A stretch of 64,000 bases of DNA from the IMG/VR virus record IMGVR_UViG_3300022562_001652, positions 32,001-96,000 of that record; one strand, 5' to 3'. The position numbers were made by a program, and so were the translations under genes. The notes beneath the pieces are model-generated. The model was not told the origin of the DNA. It made no database searches and worked only from the letters and a program-made list of their open reading frames with translations. Source of the stretch: a virus. Shown here piece by piece: positions 36,267 through 46,563 of the stretch; position 1 is the stretch's first letter; each line of letters opens with the position of its first letter.

Positions 36267-38303
36267 TTACACCTCGATCACAGGAGGAACGAGAGAGGTA
36301 GTGATGAGCGCGTAGTCGATGCTCTCCGTCGGAGATATCGTGACTCCTACCGCCAGCGCACCACCGGAGAAGGACGCCGTCACGTTCCTCCATGCGTTGA
36401 GGGTGGTCCCGTCGCGAACGCTGTCCGTGATGGCCTTGTTGTCTCGGTACTGGTTACCGACGGTGTTTACCACCCCGGGCACAGAATTGATCTTCGACAG
36501 GTCGCTACCACGACCCACGAAACGTTCCTCGATCGCCCTGCGCATGTCATAGGAGAAGTGCTTCCAGATCTGGACGACGGTCTCCTGGATGAAAGCGTCG
36601 TTGTCGCTAGCGGTATACGTCGTCACGACCTTGTCGTTCACGTACGTGACGCCGCGATCGCGATTCACACCACAGACCGTCACTCCGTTCAGGGTGAGAT
36701 CTCCGACGTGGCCGTCGTCCTCATTCGACCACGAAGCATCCTGACGTACGCCGAAGCAGTTCACCCGCTTCTTCGTGATCGGCTCTCCTAGAGGAGCTCC
36801 TCCGCGCATGCCGGCGAGAGCGCACGCGTAGGACCACGCCGGCAACCACTCGATAGAGGAGGTCGCCACTTTCAAGAGAAGAAGCTCCTGCCCCGTCACA
36901 ACCACGTGCGCGCTGTTCATGGACTGCGCCAACGTGATGAGCTCGTCCTTCGTCCTCTTGGTGCCGATCCATCCCTGGCACTCCGATCGCCCCGCCGTAG
37001 AGCTTCGCGTCCGCATGGAAGCGGCCAGAGCAGCGGCGATCGAATCGAAGGTAAACGTGCCCTGCGATGCCGTAGCATCGTCGGATACGAGAGCGACGAG
37101 CTGGTTGATCCGCGTAGTCTGCAGAGCGGCGAAGGCGTTGACCCAATCGGCGTTCGTAGAGGTTCCCCGAGTACCGCCGGAAAACCCTGTCTCCGAGAAG
37201 ATCGCGATCGGACCAACTGCCCCCTTCGTGTAGGAGTCGGTATCGTCGACCACCACCGAGCTCTGCTGGTTCACCCAGTCGAGCAGGTCGAAGTTCGTCG
37301 CGTACACGTAATACGAACCCGTCGTCCACGCGATGGATCCGTCGTTGCCGTCAGGCTGTACAGCGGTCGCGTTGTAGATGTCCACGCTGGTAGCATTGTT
37401 GTAGGCCGCGATCTTGAACGTGCCGTTGTTCCCAGCACTGGCCGCACCGGAAATCGTGAGGTACTGGCCAACGTCTGTGGCGAGCATGCCTGTCAGACCA
37501 GTGAGCCGCAGCTGACCGGCGGCTGCGCCTGCACCCGTGCTCGCAGCCGCTCCGCTTCGGGCAATGATGGGCACAGCAGCTAGAGCATCAAGATACGTCG
37601 GATCGAAGCTCCCGACGTTCGTGATGAGTGCTGTGCACGTGTACGCAGCCAGAGAATTGATGTACGCGACGATCTCGAGAAGGCTACGGTAGTCGGCGAA
37701 CGTAATGCTCAGGTTCTCACCACCAGGACCCCCTGTGACCGACGTCGTCAGCTGCGTCGCGGAGATCGTAAGGCTGCAGGCGGATCCTGCCCCCACGTAG
37801 GCGATCGTAAGCTTGGCATTCTCTCCCAGGCTGGGGGAAACCTCCGTGGTCTGGTTCCCTTGTGGATCGATGGCCTGGATGGTTAGAACACGACCGATCG
37901 TGGTGGTGCCCTCTGCAAGAGCCATCGTGATCGAGTTGGCCTGTAGACCATAGATCTGGCTCTTGAACGTGTGAGGACTCTTAACCAGGCTCGACTGCGT
38001 CGAGTTGTTGATCTTGTAGACGATGATCTTCTGAGCCCCAGCAGGAACACGTTCGTCGTTCGCTGGGTTAGCAACGATGTTAGCTGCCTCCACGATATCG
38101 CCTGAGCCGAACACGCTCTGAACGGCCTTGGCTCCTCCGATGAAGGCCATGATCGTCCGGGGAGGGCCGTAGTCGGCCTCCCCTACGAGAGCGACGATCC
38201 CGTTTCCACCGAGCTGAACATCCTCATACTGCGAGGCGTCGATCTTCGTCGCGGCTCCAGGGCGGATGATGACCGAGCCGTTGAAAACTACGAACCGCGC
38301 CAT
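36267..38303 (-). CDS. contractile tail sheath protein
   Basis: RPGAATKID, ALVGEADYGPP, GEPITKK, C-terminal ISPTESIDY. Confidence 0.9.
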   Translation of the reverse strand: MARFVVFNGSVIIRPGAATKIDASQYEDVQLGGNGIVALVGEADYGPPRTIMAFIGGAKAVQSVFGSGDIVEAANIVANPANDERVPAGAQKIIVYKINNSTQSSLVKSPHTFKSQIYGLQANSITMALAEGTTTIGRVLTIQAIDPQGNQTTEVSPSLGENAKLTIAYVGAGSACSLTISATQLTTSVTGGPGGENLSITFADYRSLLEIVAYINSLAAYTCTALITNVGSFDPTYLDALAAVPIIARSGAAASTGAGAAAGQLRLTGLTGMLATDVGQYLTISGAASAGNNGTFKIAAYNNATSVDIYNATAVQPDGNDGSIAWTTGSYYVYATNFDLLDWVNQQSSVVVDDTDSYTKGAVGPIAIFSETGFSGGTRGTSTNADWVNAFAALQTTRINQLVALVSDDATASQGTFTFDSIAAALAASMRTRSSTAGRSECQGWIGTKRTKDELITLAQSMNSAHVVVTGQELLLLKVATSSIEWLPAWSYACALAGMRGGAPLGEPITKKRVNCFGVRQDASWSNEDDGHVGDLTLNGVTVCGVNRDRGVTYVNDKVVTTYTASDNDAFIQETVVQIWKHFSYDMRRAIEERFVGRGSDLSKINSVPGVVNTVGNQYRDNKAITDSVRDGTTLNAWRNVTASFSGGALAVGVTISPTESIDYALITTSLVPPVIEV

Positions 38304-38319
38304 GTCAAAGCCTCCTCAG

Positions 38320-38553
38320 CTAGAACTTCTCGAAGAGCAACGCCCAATCAAGAGGCGTCGCCTTCCGCACCTTCGTGAAGGCCTTCATCGCGGCCTGCCT
38401 CGCAGGATCGCGAATTCCCTCCAACTTGAAGAACACTTCGATCGGAACAGCCTTCGGGTCGTCGTACTTCTTCTGCAGCTCAGTCCTGGCAGCGATCTCC
38501 GCTGCAGAGAGCGTAGGTACGAAGGCCTGTCCTCTGTAAATCTTGGCTCCCAT
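38320..38553 (-). CDS. small hypothetical protein preceding the sheath
   Basis: 77-aa ORF filling the gap; TATACT box upstream. Confidence 0.65.
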   Translation of the reverse strand: MGAKIYRGQAFVPTLSAAEIAARTELQKKYDDPKAVPIEVFFKLEGIRDPARQAAMKAFTKVRKATPLDWALLFEKF

Positions 38554-38576
38554 CGTCGTGCTCGTAAGTATACACC

Positions 38577-39335
38577 CTATCCCTGTTCACCCGGAACCGG
38601 GGTCTCTTGGTACTCTCCATCCTTCAACGCGTCCACCAACAAGCCGAGGCCGAAGTTGACGCTCTTCACGACAGGGGAGTCGTCCGCCGGATCGTTCCAC
38701 TCGAACACGGTCATGTATGTGAGATCGATCTCTTTGTAGAAACCGAACGTAGGGAACTTGGACGTGTCCAGCTTCAAGTCACGACTCGAGATCGAGAGGT
38801 TGTGGACGTCGTAGAACTCCGTCAACTGATGCTTGTTGACGAAGAAGATGATCTTCACGATGTGGTGTAGGTACATCGTGAGATCCGCATCCGTTGTTCC
38901 CACGACGACCTTCGTCACGCAGCGCATCCCGACCCCCCGTTGGACACGCTCCATCACCACAGGACCCTCAGGGGTCTTGATCCGCATCACCCCCAGCCGG
39001 TCACCAAGGAAGGTGAATTTCCCATCCTCCGCCTCTCCTTGGTTGATAACACAGACGATCGGAAGCGCCTCGTCCGTGCTCGGCCAGTTCACCTGCGCTT
39101 TGAGGTTGGGGTGGTCTCGAAAAAAGGACTTGATCCGCCGAATCTCTTCTTCTGGCAAGTTAGCAAACAGATCGTCGATGACACCAAAAGGTTCGTCGAT
39201 GTTAGAGCGGATGAGCTTGAGGTTGTACCCTACGAGCTGCCTAAAAGCGTACTCAGGGATACGCGCTCCAAAAGGCGTGTTCTCAGATCGCGTGTAGTTC
39301 TGCCCAGGATCGAGCAGATCGTCTTGATCGATCAT
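38577..39335 (-). CDS. tail terminator/neck protein
   Basis: Position between neck and sheath genes; coupled. Confidence 0.6.
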   Translation of the reverse strand: MIDQDDLLDPGQNYTRSENTPFGARIPEYAFRQLVGYNLKLIRSNIDEPFGVIDDLFANLPEEEIRRIKSFFRDHPNLKAQVNWPSTDEALPIVCVINQGEAEDGKFTFLGDRLGVMRIKTPEGPVVMERVQRGVGMRCVTKVVVGTTDADLTMYLHHIVKIIFFVNKHQLTEFYDVHNLSISSRDLKLDTSKFPTFGFYKEIDLTYMTVFEWNDPADDSPVVKSVNFGLGLLVDALKDGEYQETPVPGEQG

Positions 39336-39973
39336 CCGCCACCCTTTTTCAACTCATCGTCGAAGCTAGGACGGATCCCATCCGCCACTTTGGAAAGACG
39401 GGCGCGCATCTGCTCGTCCTCATCGTCCGGATTTCCGGGAATGATCCCCTTGCCGGGACCAAACCGCGTGCCGAATTGCCTAGGAGCAGACTGCTTCCCT
39501 GCCCCACCGAACCCAGGATGGATCCACGACCATATAGGGCTCCTAAGAGAAACCCTACGAAACAAGATAGGGCCGGACCCACGCTTGGGGTTCACAACGA
39601 AGCCAGGAGTACTCCAGGCCGCAAGGAGAGAGATCGTCTCCGGTTTATTTGCCAACCGGGACATGTTGACGGGCACGTCGACGTATGGCTCTCCCTTGTG
39701 CTTGCCCTTCTTCACGTGCTTCTTGGTTTTCGCCAAAAGGCCAGGTTTGATGTCCCAAGGCGCCGCACCCCGTGTGATCGCTTGCGAGAGTCTCACGTTG
39801 AAGCCGAAGAACTCCTCTCCACGATCAGTGCTCTCTACACGTACTTCTGGAGTGTTTTGGACGGCAGCTTGTGCCTCCCGTCTCTTTTCGTCGATGACAT
39901 GGCGTGCAACCTTTCGCACGCGAGCCAGGATGCGTGCTCCGAGCTGTTCTACTACTGAAAACAGGATCTTCAC
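39332..39973 (-). CDS. neck/tail completion protein
   Basis: PWDIKPGLL, YVDVP, FRRVS, WIHPG motifs resembling SPO1/Twort-like neck proteins. Confidence 0.65.
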   Translation of the reverse strand: MKILFSVVEQLGARILARVRKVARHVIDEKRREAQAAVQNTPEVRVESTDRGEEFFGFNVRLSQAITRGAAPWDIKPGLLAKTKKHVKKGKHKGEPYVDVPVNMSRLANKPETISLLAAWSTPGFVVNPKRGSGPILFRRVSLRSPIWSWIHPGFGGAGKQSAPRQFGTRFGPGKGIIPGNPDDEDEQMRARLSKVADGIRPSFDDELKKGGG

Positions 39974-40773
39974 CGTCTCAACTCGAAGGGGTCCGCGTCG
40001 TTCTGATCCGCGACATCGCGGCTTTCATCACGAACCATGAAGTCGAGCTTCGCCACCGCTTGCACCGGGAAAGAGCGAACCGACCCACCGCTACTCCCAT
40101 CAGGGGCCTCCCGATGCTGATGCAGCAGATCTTGGACCACGTATCGTGGCCTGTACTGGTAGGAGATCTCGTAATAGGAACCGGCATCGGGTGCCGATGC
40201 CCCCCAAGAAACTTGGTTACCTACGATCGTTGCGTTGCTCGAATTTATGAGACCCCCTTCCAGCTCCACGAGCCCCCCTGCTCTGTCTACCCAAGAAACA
40301 TGATCTACCTGTAGGACGTCGTACTTGACTGCGTCCACGCCTCCTGAAGGCTGCCTGCGTATGATCTCAGAGGAACGGGCAGTACCGTTCCTCAGTGTGA
40401 TCCGGTCCCACCAGCTGATGCGGTATTCAGGTCGCGCGGTAACCAGAACAGAGCCGGCGTCCCATCGTCCCTGCGCATAGAACTGTTGACTCAGGCGTAC
40501 AGCCTGAACCAGCATCTCTGTGTCCCGAGCTCCGTAGTAGATAAAGCCTTTGCCATCACAGAAGGAGCAGTTCACGTGATGCCGTTCCGGAGCAACACCA
40601 TCCAATGGGCGATTCGGACACATGGCCGCCTTCTCCCACGTAACACAGTAGCCGTGGTCTCGAAGGAGAGCATCGAATTCTCCACGATCGAATAGAGCAG
40701 GAGAGGTGGGAAGGGAACCGCCTTCACGAACGACGAACCCCTCTCGAACCACGAGTGAGGATCGGAGCGTCAT
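39970..40773 (-). CDS. head closure (stopper) protein
   Basis: VTWEKAAMCP...CSFCDGKGFIY, WWDRITL, YQYRPRY. Confidence 0.7.
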   Translation of the reverse strand: MTLRSSLVVREGFVVREGGSLPTSPALFDRGEFDALLRDHGYCVTWEKAAMCPNRPLDGVAPERHHVNCSFCDGKGFIYYGARDTEMLVQAVRLSQQFYAQGRWDAGSVLVTARPEYRISWWDRITLRNGTARSSEIIRRQPSGGVDAVKYDVLQVDHVSWVDRAGGLVELEGGLINSSNATIVGNQVSWGASAPDAGSYYEISYQYRPRYVVQDLLHQHREAPDGSSGGSVRSFPVQAVAKLDFMVRDESRDVADQNDADPFELRR

Positions 40774-41540
40774 GCTGCAGTTACCCTAACCCCGAAGTAC
40801 GTGCTGCGAATCTGACTAATGATCCCTGTTCCAGGAACTCCAGGCGTGCCAAACACGTCGGCTCGGTACTGGTTGATCCGAGCCTGGAAAGCAGGCACCA
40901 GGTAGCCACGAGACTGAGAGAGGCCGTCCACAGACAGTGATTGAGAACCAACCCCTAAGGGATTGATCAGATCCGATACGATCGACAAGATTTCGATCGA
41001 CGCGATTTTACAGATCGCGTCGACGATGATTCGTGGGATCTCGTTAGGGTTAAAACCACTCCTGTAGTCGACTTCCCAAAGATGAGGCAGGTAATCAGAA
41101 AACCAGATCAACGGGTAGAAACCGCCACGACCCACGACGATCTGTGCAACGGTTCCCCCGATCGGAACCAGGTTCAGCATCCCCTGCTCAATCTCGAGAC
41201 GAACCCACTCGGTGGGAAAGATCTGAACCATGGCTCCATCGGGAAACACCGCCCGAACCTCAGACACGGACGTGCACGGCACCCTGAACAACTGCATGAA
41301 GGCGTAGTTCAGGTAGTCGAGAGCATGGTAGTCGTGCCTCTCGCCAACAGTGTCACGTTCAAGGACGTCGATCCCCGTCTCCTTCTCCAGAAGGTTCAAG
41401 GCATTACGGAGCTTCTCCTCGAAGAACTCGACGGGGAAAGGCTGCTTCTGACCGTTGAAGAGCTGAAAACCGGTAAGGTAGTTCGCCTGAAGGTAATCGG
41501 CGTCAACTTCGGAGAGCTTCTTGAACTCGGAGTAATCCAC
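40770..41540 (-). CDS. head-tail adaptor protein
   Basis: ERHDY, VDYRSGF, GVGSQSLSVDGLSQS. Confidence 0.75.
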   Translation of the reverse strand: MDYSEFKKLSEVDADYLQANYLTGFQLFNGQKQPFPVEFFEEKLRNALNLLEKETGIDVLERDTVGERHDYHALDYLNYAFMQLFRVPCTSVSEVRAVFPDGAMVQIFPTEWVRLEIEQGMLNLVPIGGTVAQIVVGRGGFYPLIWFSDYLPHLWEVDYRSGFNPNEIPRIIVDAICKIASIEILSIVSDLINPLGVGSQSLSVDGLSQSRGYLVPAFQARINQYRADVFGTPGVPGTGIISQIRSTYFGVRVTAA

Positions 41541-41558
41541 GAAGACCTCCGAAGACGA

Positions 41559-41819
41559 CTAGCCCTTCTCCTTCTTAGGAGCCTTCTTCTCGTCCGCCTT
41601 CTTCTCGCCTACGTCATCCAAGACCTCAGCGAACCATCCGACGGACTTGTAGCGCGGAAGATCTTCGGCCACAGCGTCGACCTCCGCGTTTCCATGCTTG
41701 TCGAAGTCGACGCGGCCGATACTGGTCCCTACAGCAGGACTCTTGCCCGCGAGGGCGGCGCAGAATAGACGTACCTTCATTTTACGACCTACCTCTCCAG
41801 GGACACGATAGGGACTCAT
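41559..41819 (-). CDS. small protein downstream of the MCP (start may be 41780)
   Basis: VDFDKHGNAEV; position. Confidence 0.6.
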   Translation of the reverse strand: MSPYRVPGEVGRKMKVRLFCAALAGKSPAVGTSIGRVDFDKHGNAEVDAVAEDLPRYKSVGWFAEVLDDVGEKKADEKKAPKKEKG

Positions 41820-41838
41820 CAGTTCCCTATTTTTTTCC

Positions 41839-43269
41839 TCAATCGTCGTTCACGTTATCGAAGATCACGTACTTCTGAGGAGCACGAGCGATCGGAGCGA
41901 TGTACATGCCCTGCGCCCAACGCATCGACAGCGCCTGCGTCCCGAACGGGATCTTGAACATCGGCGCGAGCTGAATGAGGCCAACACACTCCTCGTTCAT
42001 CTGGAACATGAACGCGCGCGACTTCCCAGGAAGGAACCTGTTGACGTCGTACGCCGTAGTCGTAGCCGCACCAGGAACGCGAGGCACGCTCATGATGAGC
42101 TTCTCGGTCCCGGCCGCTCCTCCTACCGCACTACGGTAGATGTCGTAACACGTTGCCGTGTCACCACCACCACCATCCGTAATGACGAGGTTCACGCGAT
42201 CGCCAGAGGCCGTCACAGCGACACCACCAGCCTCCTGCACGCCAGCCGAGGAACCGAAGCGGTTTCGCGCGGCGACCTTGTACTGATACGTGCCGATGTC
42301 CGACGTCGCGAACAGTGTTCCCTGTGCCGCAGTGATACTGCCCACGACCGACACGATCGACGACGGAGCCCGAACAGCCGTAGCAGAAGCAGGGGCGAAC
42401 TGCGATCCTCTGTCTTTCCCAGGCCGCAGAAAGATCGACTTCTTCAGGTTCACTTCGTTCGACTGCAGCTGGACGGCACGAAGAGCCATGCCGATCACGC
42501 CGGCTTGTGGTGCAGGCAGAACGATCCGCTCCTTGGTGTGCTGCTGCTTCCCGAGATCCGAGAGAGCGCGCATCGACAGGTACAGATCAGTGGCTTCTCC
42601 GTATGCCTCTTCGATGATGTTAGCCCCCTCCTCGAGCTTGTCGTAGGAGAGGGGGCCGCCACGAAGATCGAGGATGTTCGAAGCCCCGAACACCGAATCC
42701 TCACGCAGCAGTCGATCGTACCCGTCGTACTCCTCCGGCACGCAGTCCGAGCGACCGTTGTACATGGCCTTCTCCGCCATCTTCATCAGCCACAGAGCTC
42801 CGTTGGCCGTGTACATGGCGATGACGTCACCGTGCGCCGAACGCACGAGAGAAGTCGGGTGGTCGACTTCTCGCTGCGTTGCCAGGTACTTGACAGGGAC
42901 GAACTTGCGAACGAAAGACGACTCCTGCACCTGCGGCGCTTCACCCGCACGAACGAAGGCTCCGTTCTCGACGCCGTACGAGGTCTGCTGATTAAACTCG
43001 TGGACCGTTGAGTACGTCGGTGCCTTGGGAACGTCATGAAAGAGCACGATGTGACGAGCTCGATACGTGAGGACGCGGAGCGTCGCCTCGAGCGACTCCA
43101 CACGCAACGCGCCGGAACCCGAAACACGCGGACTCTGGTAGTTGGCCGCAAGAGCCTTCTTGAACTCCTCGATCGGCATCTTCTCGAGAGGACCCTGCCG
43201 ACCAGCAAAGCCTCCGTAGAACCCGCCTCCAAGACCTTCGTAGTCACGAAGAGAGATATCGCCGTACAT
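41839..43269 (-). CDS. major capsid protein (SPO1/Twort-like, with Ig/FN3-like insertion)
   Basis: FKKAL propeptide site, GALRVESLEATL, STVHEF, ILDLRG, YQYKVAARNRFG. Confidence 0.9.
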   Translation of the reverse strand: MYGDISLRDYEGLGGGFYGGFAGRQGPLEKMPIEEFKKALAANYQSPRVSGSGALRVESLEATLRVLTYRARHIVLFHDVPKAPTYSTVHEFNQQTSYGVENGAFVRAGEAPQVQESSFVRKFVPVKYLATQREVDHPTSLVRSAHGDVIAMYTANGALWLMKMAEKAMYNGRSDCVPEEYDGYDRLLREDSVFGASNILDLRGGPLSYDKLEEGANIIEEAYGEATDLYLSMRALSDLGKQQHTKERIVLPAPQAGVIGMALRAVQLQSNEVNLKKSIFLRPGKDRGSQFAPASATAVRAPSSIVSVVGSITAAQGTLFATSDIGTYQYKVAARNRFGSSAGVQEAGGVAVTASGDRVNLVITDGGGGDTATCYDIYRSAVGGAAGTEKLIMSVPRVPGAATTTAYDVNRFLPGKSRAFMFQMNEECVGLIQLAPMFKIPFGTQALSMRWAQGMYIAPIARAPQKYVIFDNVNDD

Positions 43270-43284
43270 TCTTTGCTCCTTTCC

Positions 43285-44184
43285 CTACTCCGCCGAACGA
43301 AGGTCCCGGACGATCTCCGAAACCAGATTGCTGGGCAGCGCCCGGGGGTTGTACCGATTGGCCTCGAAGATCATCACCACGTCTTCAAGTGACTTCCTCA
43401 GCTTGCCCTCTGGCGTGGTATCCACCTTCTGGTAGAGCCAGCCCTTGATGAGGTCGGAAGGAACCTCGTCGAGAGGGTGTCCGGTGAACAGGAGACTGTT
43501 CTGCTCCGTCTCCTCGTGAGGATCGACGATGTCGCCTTTCTCCAAGACCATGGGACGATTGCCATAGTCGACGGGACTGTTGAGTGCCTTCTGGACTCCG
43601 TTCCCTATCTTGGATAGGCGATCTTTGATAGTCGCGAGGCTACGAGCGATCGAAGCCATCTCCTCAGAGAGGACTACGAAACCCTTCGCGAGCTTCTTGT
43701 TGAACTCGGACTGCTCAGCGCGCACCGCAGTTCCGTGGCTGACAAGAGCTTTCGCCAGACCATTGAACTCCGCTTCGAAGTGTTCGCTGATAAGCGTGAC
43801 GAAGGAATCGAGGAAGTCGCTTGCGTTGAACGCCTTGCGCATCTCGCCGTCGCGCTCCGCACGCTCGCGAAGTGACTTCCGGGTGTCGCTGTCGTCGTCG
43901 TCGTCATCGTCGTCATCATCTGAACCATCGTCCGACGACGTGTTGTCTGAGTCGTCGTCTTCATCAGACGCCGACATCATCTTGGCCACGTGCTCGCCAG
44001 AGCGGCCCGCCTTACCTGAAAGAGGAGTCCCCACCTTGGGAAGACCTCCTTCGGGATCTTGTGCAAGGACAGGATCACTCTTCTCGACGACAGCATCTTG
44101 AAGCTCGTCGAGCGCCTTGAGAAGACTCTCTTCCGAGACGATCTCCTCTTCTGCCTTCTTGATCTGCTTGGTCTTCGTCGCCAT
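43285..44184 (-). CDS. scaffold-like acidic coiled-coil protein
   Basis: Directly upstream of the MCP; poly-D tract; many [LIVM]xK[AS] sites. Confidence 0.7.
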   Translation of the reverse strand: MATKTKQIKKAEEEIVSEESLLKALDELQDAVVEKSDPVLAQDPEGGLPKVGTPLSGKAGRSGEHVAKMMSASDEDDDSDNTSSDDGSDDDDDDDDDDSDTRKSLRERAERDGEMRKAFNASDFLDSFVTLISEHFEAEFNGLAKALVSHGTAVRAEQSEFNKKLAKGFVVLSEEMASIARSLATIKDRLSKIGNGVQKALNSPVDYGNRPMVLEKGDIVDPHEETEQNSLLFTGHPLDEVPSDLIKGWLYQKVDTTPEGKLRKSLEDVVMIFEANRYNPRALPSNLVSEIVRDLRSAE

Positions 44185-44196
44185 GTGCCGCTCCTC

Positions 44197-44553
44197 TCAG
44201 GCGTACGCCCCCAGGAGCCCACCCACGGCGGTCACGCCAGTGATCGTGTAGACCAGAACTCCGTTGAGAGTGACCGTGATCGCGTTCGAGACCACCGAGC
44301 CGAGGATCAGGACATCCCCAGGCTGAAGAACGAGGCCGTCAAACGTGAGATCGGTCGGACCCGCAGCGTCGTTGAACGCCGCATAGACGGTCGCGTACGC
44401 GACCTGGCGACGCGCGTCGAACGTCGTCACGGGGGAGACACCGCTGGACGCGTTTGTCGGCGACGGCGCCGTCACGTTGTCCGGAACGGTGAAGGTCTCG
44501 CCCTGAACCACCTTGAATCGCGTCGTGCCGCTGAAGTTGATTCCCGGATTCAT
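44197..44553 (-). CDS. probable capsid decoration protein
   Basis: Beta-rich 118 aa in the head module; AAGGAG. Confidence 0.55.
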   Translation of the reverse strand: MNPGINFSGTTRFKVVQGETFTVPDNVTAPSPTNASSGVSPVTTFDARRQVAYATVYAAFNDAAGPTDLTFDGLVLQPGDVLILGSVVSNAITVTLNGVLVYTITGVTAVGGLLGAYA

Positions 44554-44578
44554 CCTCTACTCCTTGTTGCCGCCGTCC

Positions 44579-44887
44579 CTAGTACAGAGACGCCGCGTTG
44601 CCCTCGAGAACGACGAAGGTGACATTGCGGGCCACCGTATCGGCGATCAAGTTGCCGAAAGCAGCATCCTGCTTGGCGATCGTGATGACGAAGGTGCCCG
44701 GAACGGTTCCATAGTCCCACGCGGGCTCAAAGCCATTCGCGATCGCGGTAAGACCGCCTTTCGCGAGCAGGGAGACGACTAGAAAGTTGTTGTGTCGGAT
44801 GCCCAGATCTACCGTGAGAGTCCCGGTAACCGACACAGTTCCTTGGTGAAACTGTGGGAAATTCGGGTGTCGATAGTACGGGACCAT
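44579..44887 (-). CDS. probable capsid decoration protein
   Basis: Beta-rich 102 aa in the head module. Confidence 0.55.
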   Translation of the reverse strand: MVPYYRHPNFPQFHQGTVSVTGTLTVDLGIRHNNFLVVSLLAKGGLTAIANGFEPAWDYGTVPGTFVITIAKQDAAFGNLIADTVARNVTFVVLEGNAASLY

Positions 44888-44890
44888 TGT

Positions 44891-45652
44891 TCATCCTCCT
44901 CGGGCACGATGTACGACGAAGCGGGCTGCCCTCTGCGTGGCCTTCTCCGTCAAGTGGGGCCACCTGTGCTTCACCAAGCGCATCGCGTGCTGAAACGCAG
45001 GACCGCTGGTCAACAAGGTCGGCGATGATTCGAGCTCTTCAGGGCGAAGAACACCTGGACCACCCGCAGCCGGGCTGGTCGTAGTAACTGACAAGGCCTT
45101 ATCGGCGGCGTCGCTCACAGCAGATGGATCAGCGAAGGCCTTGGTAAGAACAGACCAAGAGCAACTCGTGTTCACAGGCATGCGTGTGATGGCGACATCG
45201 CGGACTTTGGCACGGAGGATCTTGTTGTACCCGTCTCTCTCGACCACCTTCCCTTCGATCGAGAAACCGAGTTTGCGAGGAGCTTGCATGCGTGCGAGGC
45301 TCTTGGCAAGCTCCCAGATCCGATCAGAAGGCGGATACCCAGGAATCAGATTCCCCTCCACCCACCAACGTCCTTTTTCCAACCGTGCGTCCGTCGGGTA
45401 TCCGAGAGCAGCGGACGTCTCTTGCCGATGGTTATCGTTGAACCACCCCCAAGAAACGAACTCAGAGAAATCCAACCCCTTTTGGACGACGATCTCCCCC
45501 TGTCGATCGAGATCTTCCGTCGAGGCAAAACCACCGATTGATCGACTCACTTCTACGTCGTCACCCGCCTTCTCCAGGATCTGGAAAACCCCGGGCACAA
45601 AGACGTTGAAGACGTCTTTGTCGGCTTGTTCAGAAGTTGTCTCTTCCAGCAT
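44891..45652 (-). CDS. prohead (maturation) protease, HK97/herpes-like fold
   Basis: GFASTEDLDRQGE, NDNH, LGFSIEG, VAITRMPVN; ATG 45652 after GAGGA. Confidence 0.9.
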   Translation of the reverse strand: MLEETTSEQADKDVFNVFVPGVFQILEKAGDDVEVSRSIGGFASTEDLDRQGEIVVQKGLDFSEFVSWGWFNDNHRQETSAALGYPTDARLEKGRWWVEGNLIPGYPPSDRIWELAKSLARMQAPRKLGFSIEGKVVERDGYNKILRAKVRDVAITRMPVNTSCSWSVLTKAFADPSAVSDAADKALSVTTTSPAAGGPGVLRPEELESSPTLLTSGPAFQHAMRLVKHRWPHLTEKATQRAARFVVHRARGG

Positions 45653-45690
45653 GTGTTCCTCGGCAGCCGCCACTCTGTAAGTAGATACTA

Positions 45691-46560
45691 CTACGAATTC
45701 AGAATCTGCAAAGGTGGGAAAGGAGAACCACTTCCCACAGCCTCTCTGAACATGGTTTCGTACGCCGGAAAGGAGGAGACACCCATCGTCCTTTGCGACA
45801 CCTTTGCCCAAGGCATCTTGTACGGGAACGTCTCCAAGAAAGCCTTCCTCACACAAGCATGTTCTACTTCAACAGGACTCACTAGTCCCGACAACGCATC
45901 GCGTATCTGATCCTCCGTCACGCTCATAAAGGAGTCCCACAAGGGATCCAAATGAATGCGCTCGTGGAAAAGGTACTTGTGGAAGATTTGGTGATAGAAA
46001 CGCAACGTTTGTCCAAAAGAAACAGCGTTGTCCCACGCCACCAGACCATGCGACACGGTCCCGCCATCCAGCAGAACTCGCACGCCGACGTTGTTAGCGT
46101 GCCTGTCTCGAGCCCCTGCTACGAAGTCAAGAATCACAAGCTTCGTCCACTGTGTCTTTGGAACCAAAGAACAGACGGCTATGAGATCACTAACCCAGTT
46201 CGGGTTTCGTCGTGAACGAAGCGACTTGCGAAACGATGATAGAGGAGCAGCAGAGATCCATGCCTGTGCAGACGCTTCTGCGCCATCGAGCTCGAAGAGA
46301 ACTGTTTCAGGAACGATGTCTTGGTACCCGTACAGGCTAGCAAGCTGCCAAAAAGCGACCTCTCGGCGAGGATGTGACAAGGCAGTTATTCCACGCTGCG
46401 CTACCTTGCCGCTAGGCAGCTTTTCCTTCGAAAACTTCACCAATGCCCGGGTTCCGTCCTGCCACCGTGCTTCGAAGGTTTCGCTTTTACCAACCTTGAT
46501 AGGGGTCATCTCCCTGGGAGGAGATGATGTCACTCTCTTTTGGAAATCAGAAGGACCCAC
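45691..46560 (-). CDS. PI3/PI4-kinase / HipA-like atypical kinase
   Basis: ALVK, REVAFWQL, IVPETV, catalytic loop LDFVAGARDRHANN, AWDNAVSF. Confidence 0.8.
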   Translation of the reverse strand: MGPSDFQKRVTSSPPREMTPIKVGKSETFEARWQDGTRALVKFSKEKLPSGKVAQRGITALSHPRREVAFWQLASLYGYQDIVPETVLFELDGAEASAQAWISAAPLSSFRKSLRSRRNPNWVSDLIAVCSLVPKTQWTKLVILDFVAGARDRHANNVGVRVLLDGGTVSHGLVAWDNAVSFGQTLRFYHQIFHKYLFHERIHLDPLWDSFMSVTEDQIRDALSGLVSPVEVEHACVRKAFLETFPYKMPWAKVSQRTMGVSSFPAYETMFREAVGSGSPFPPLQILNS

Positions 46561-46563
46561 CGC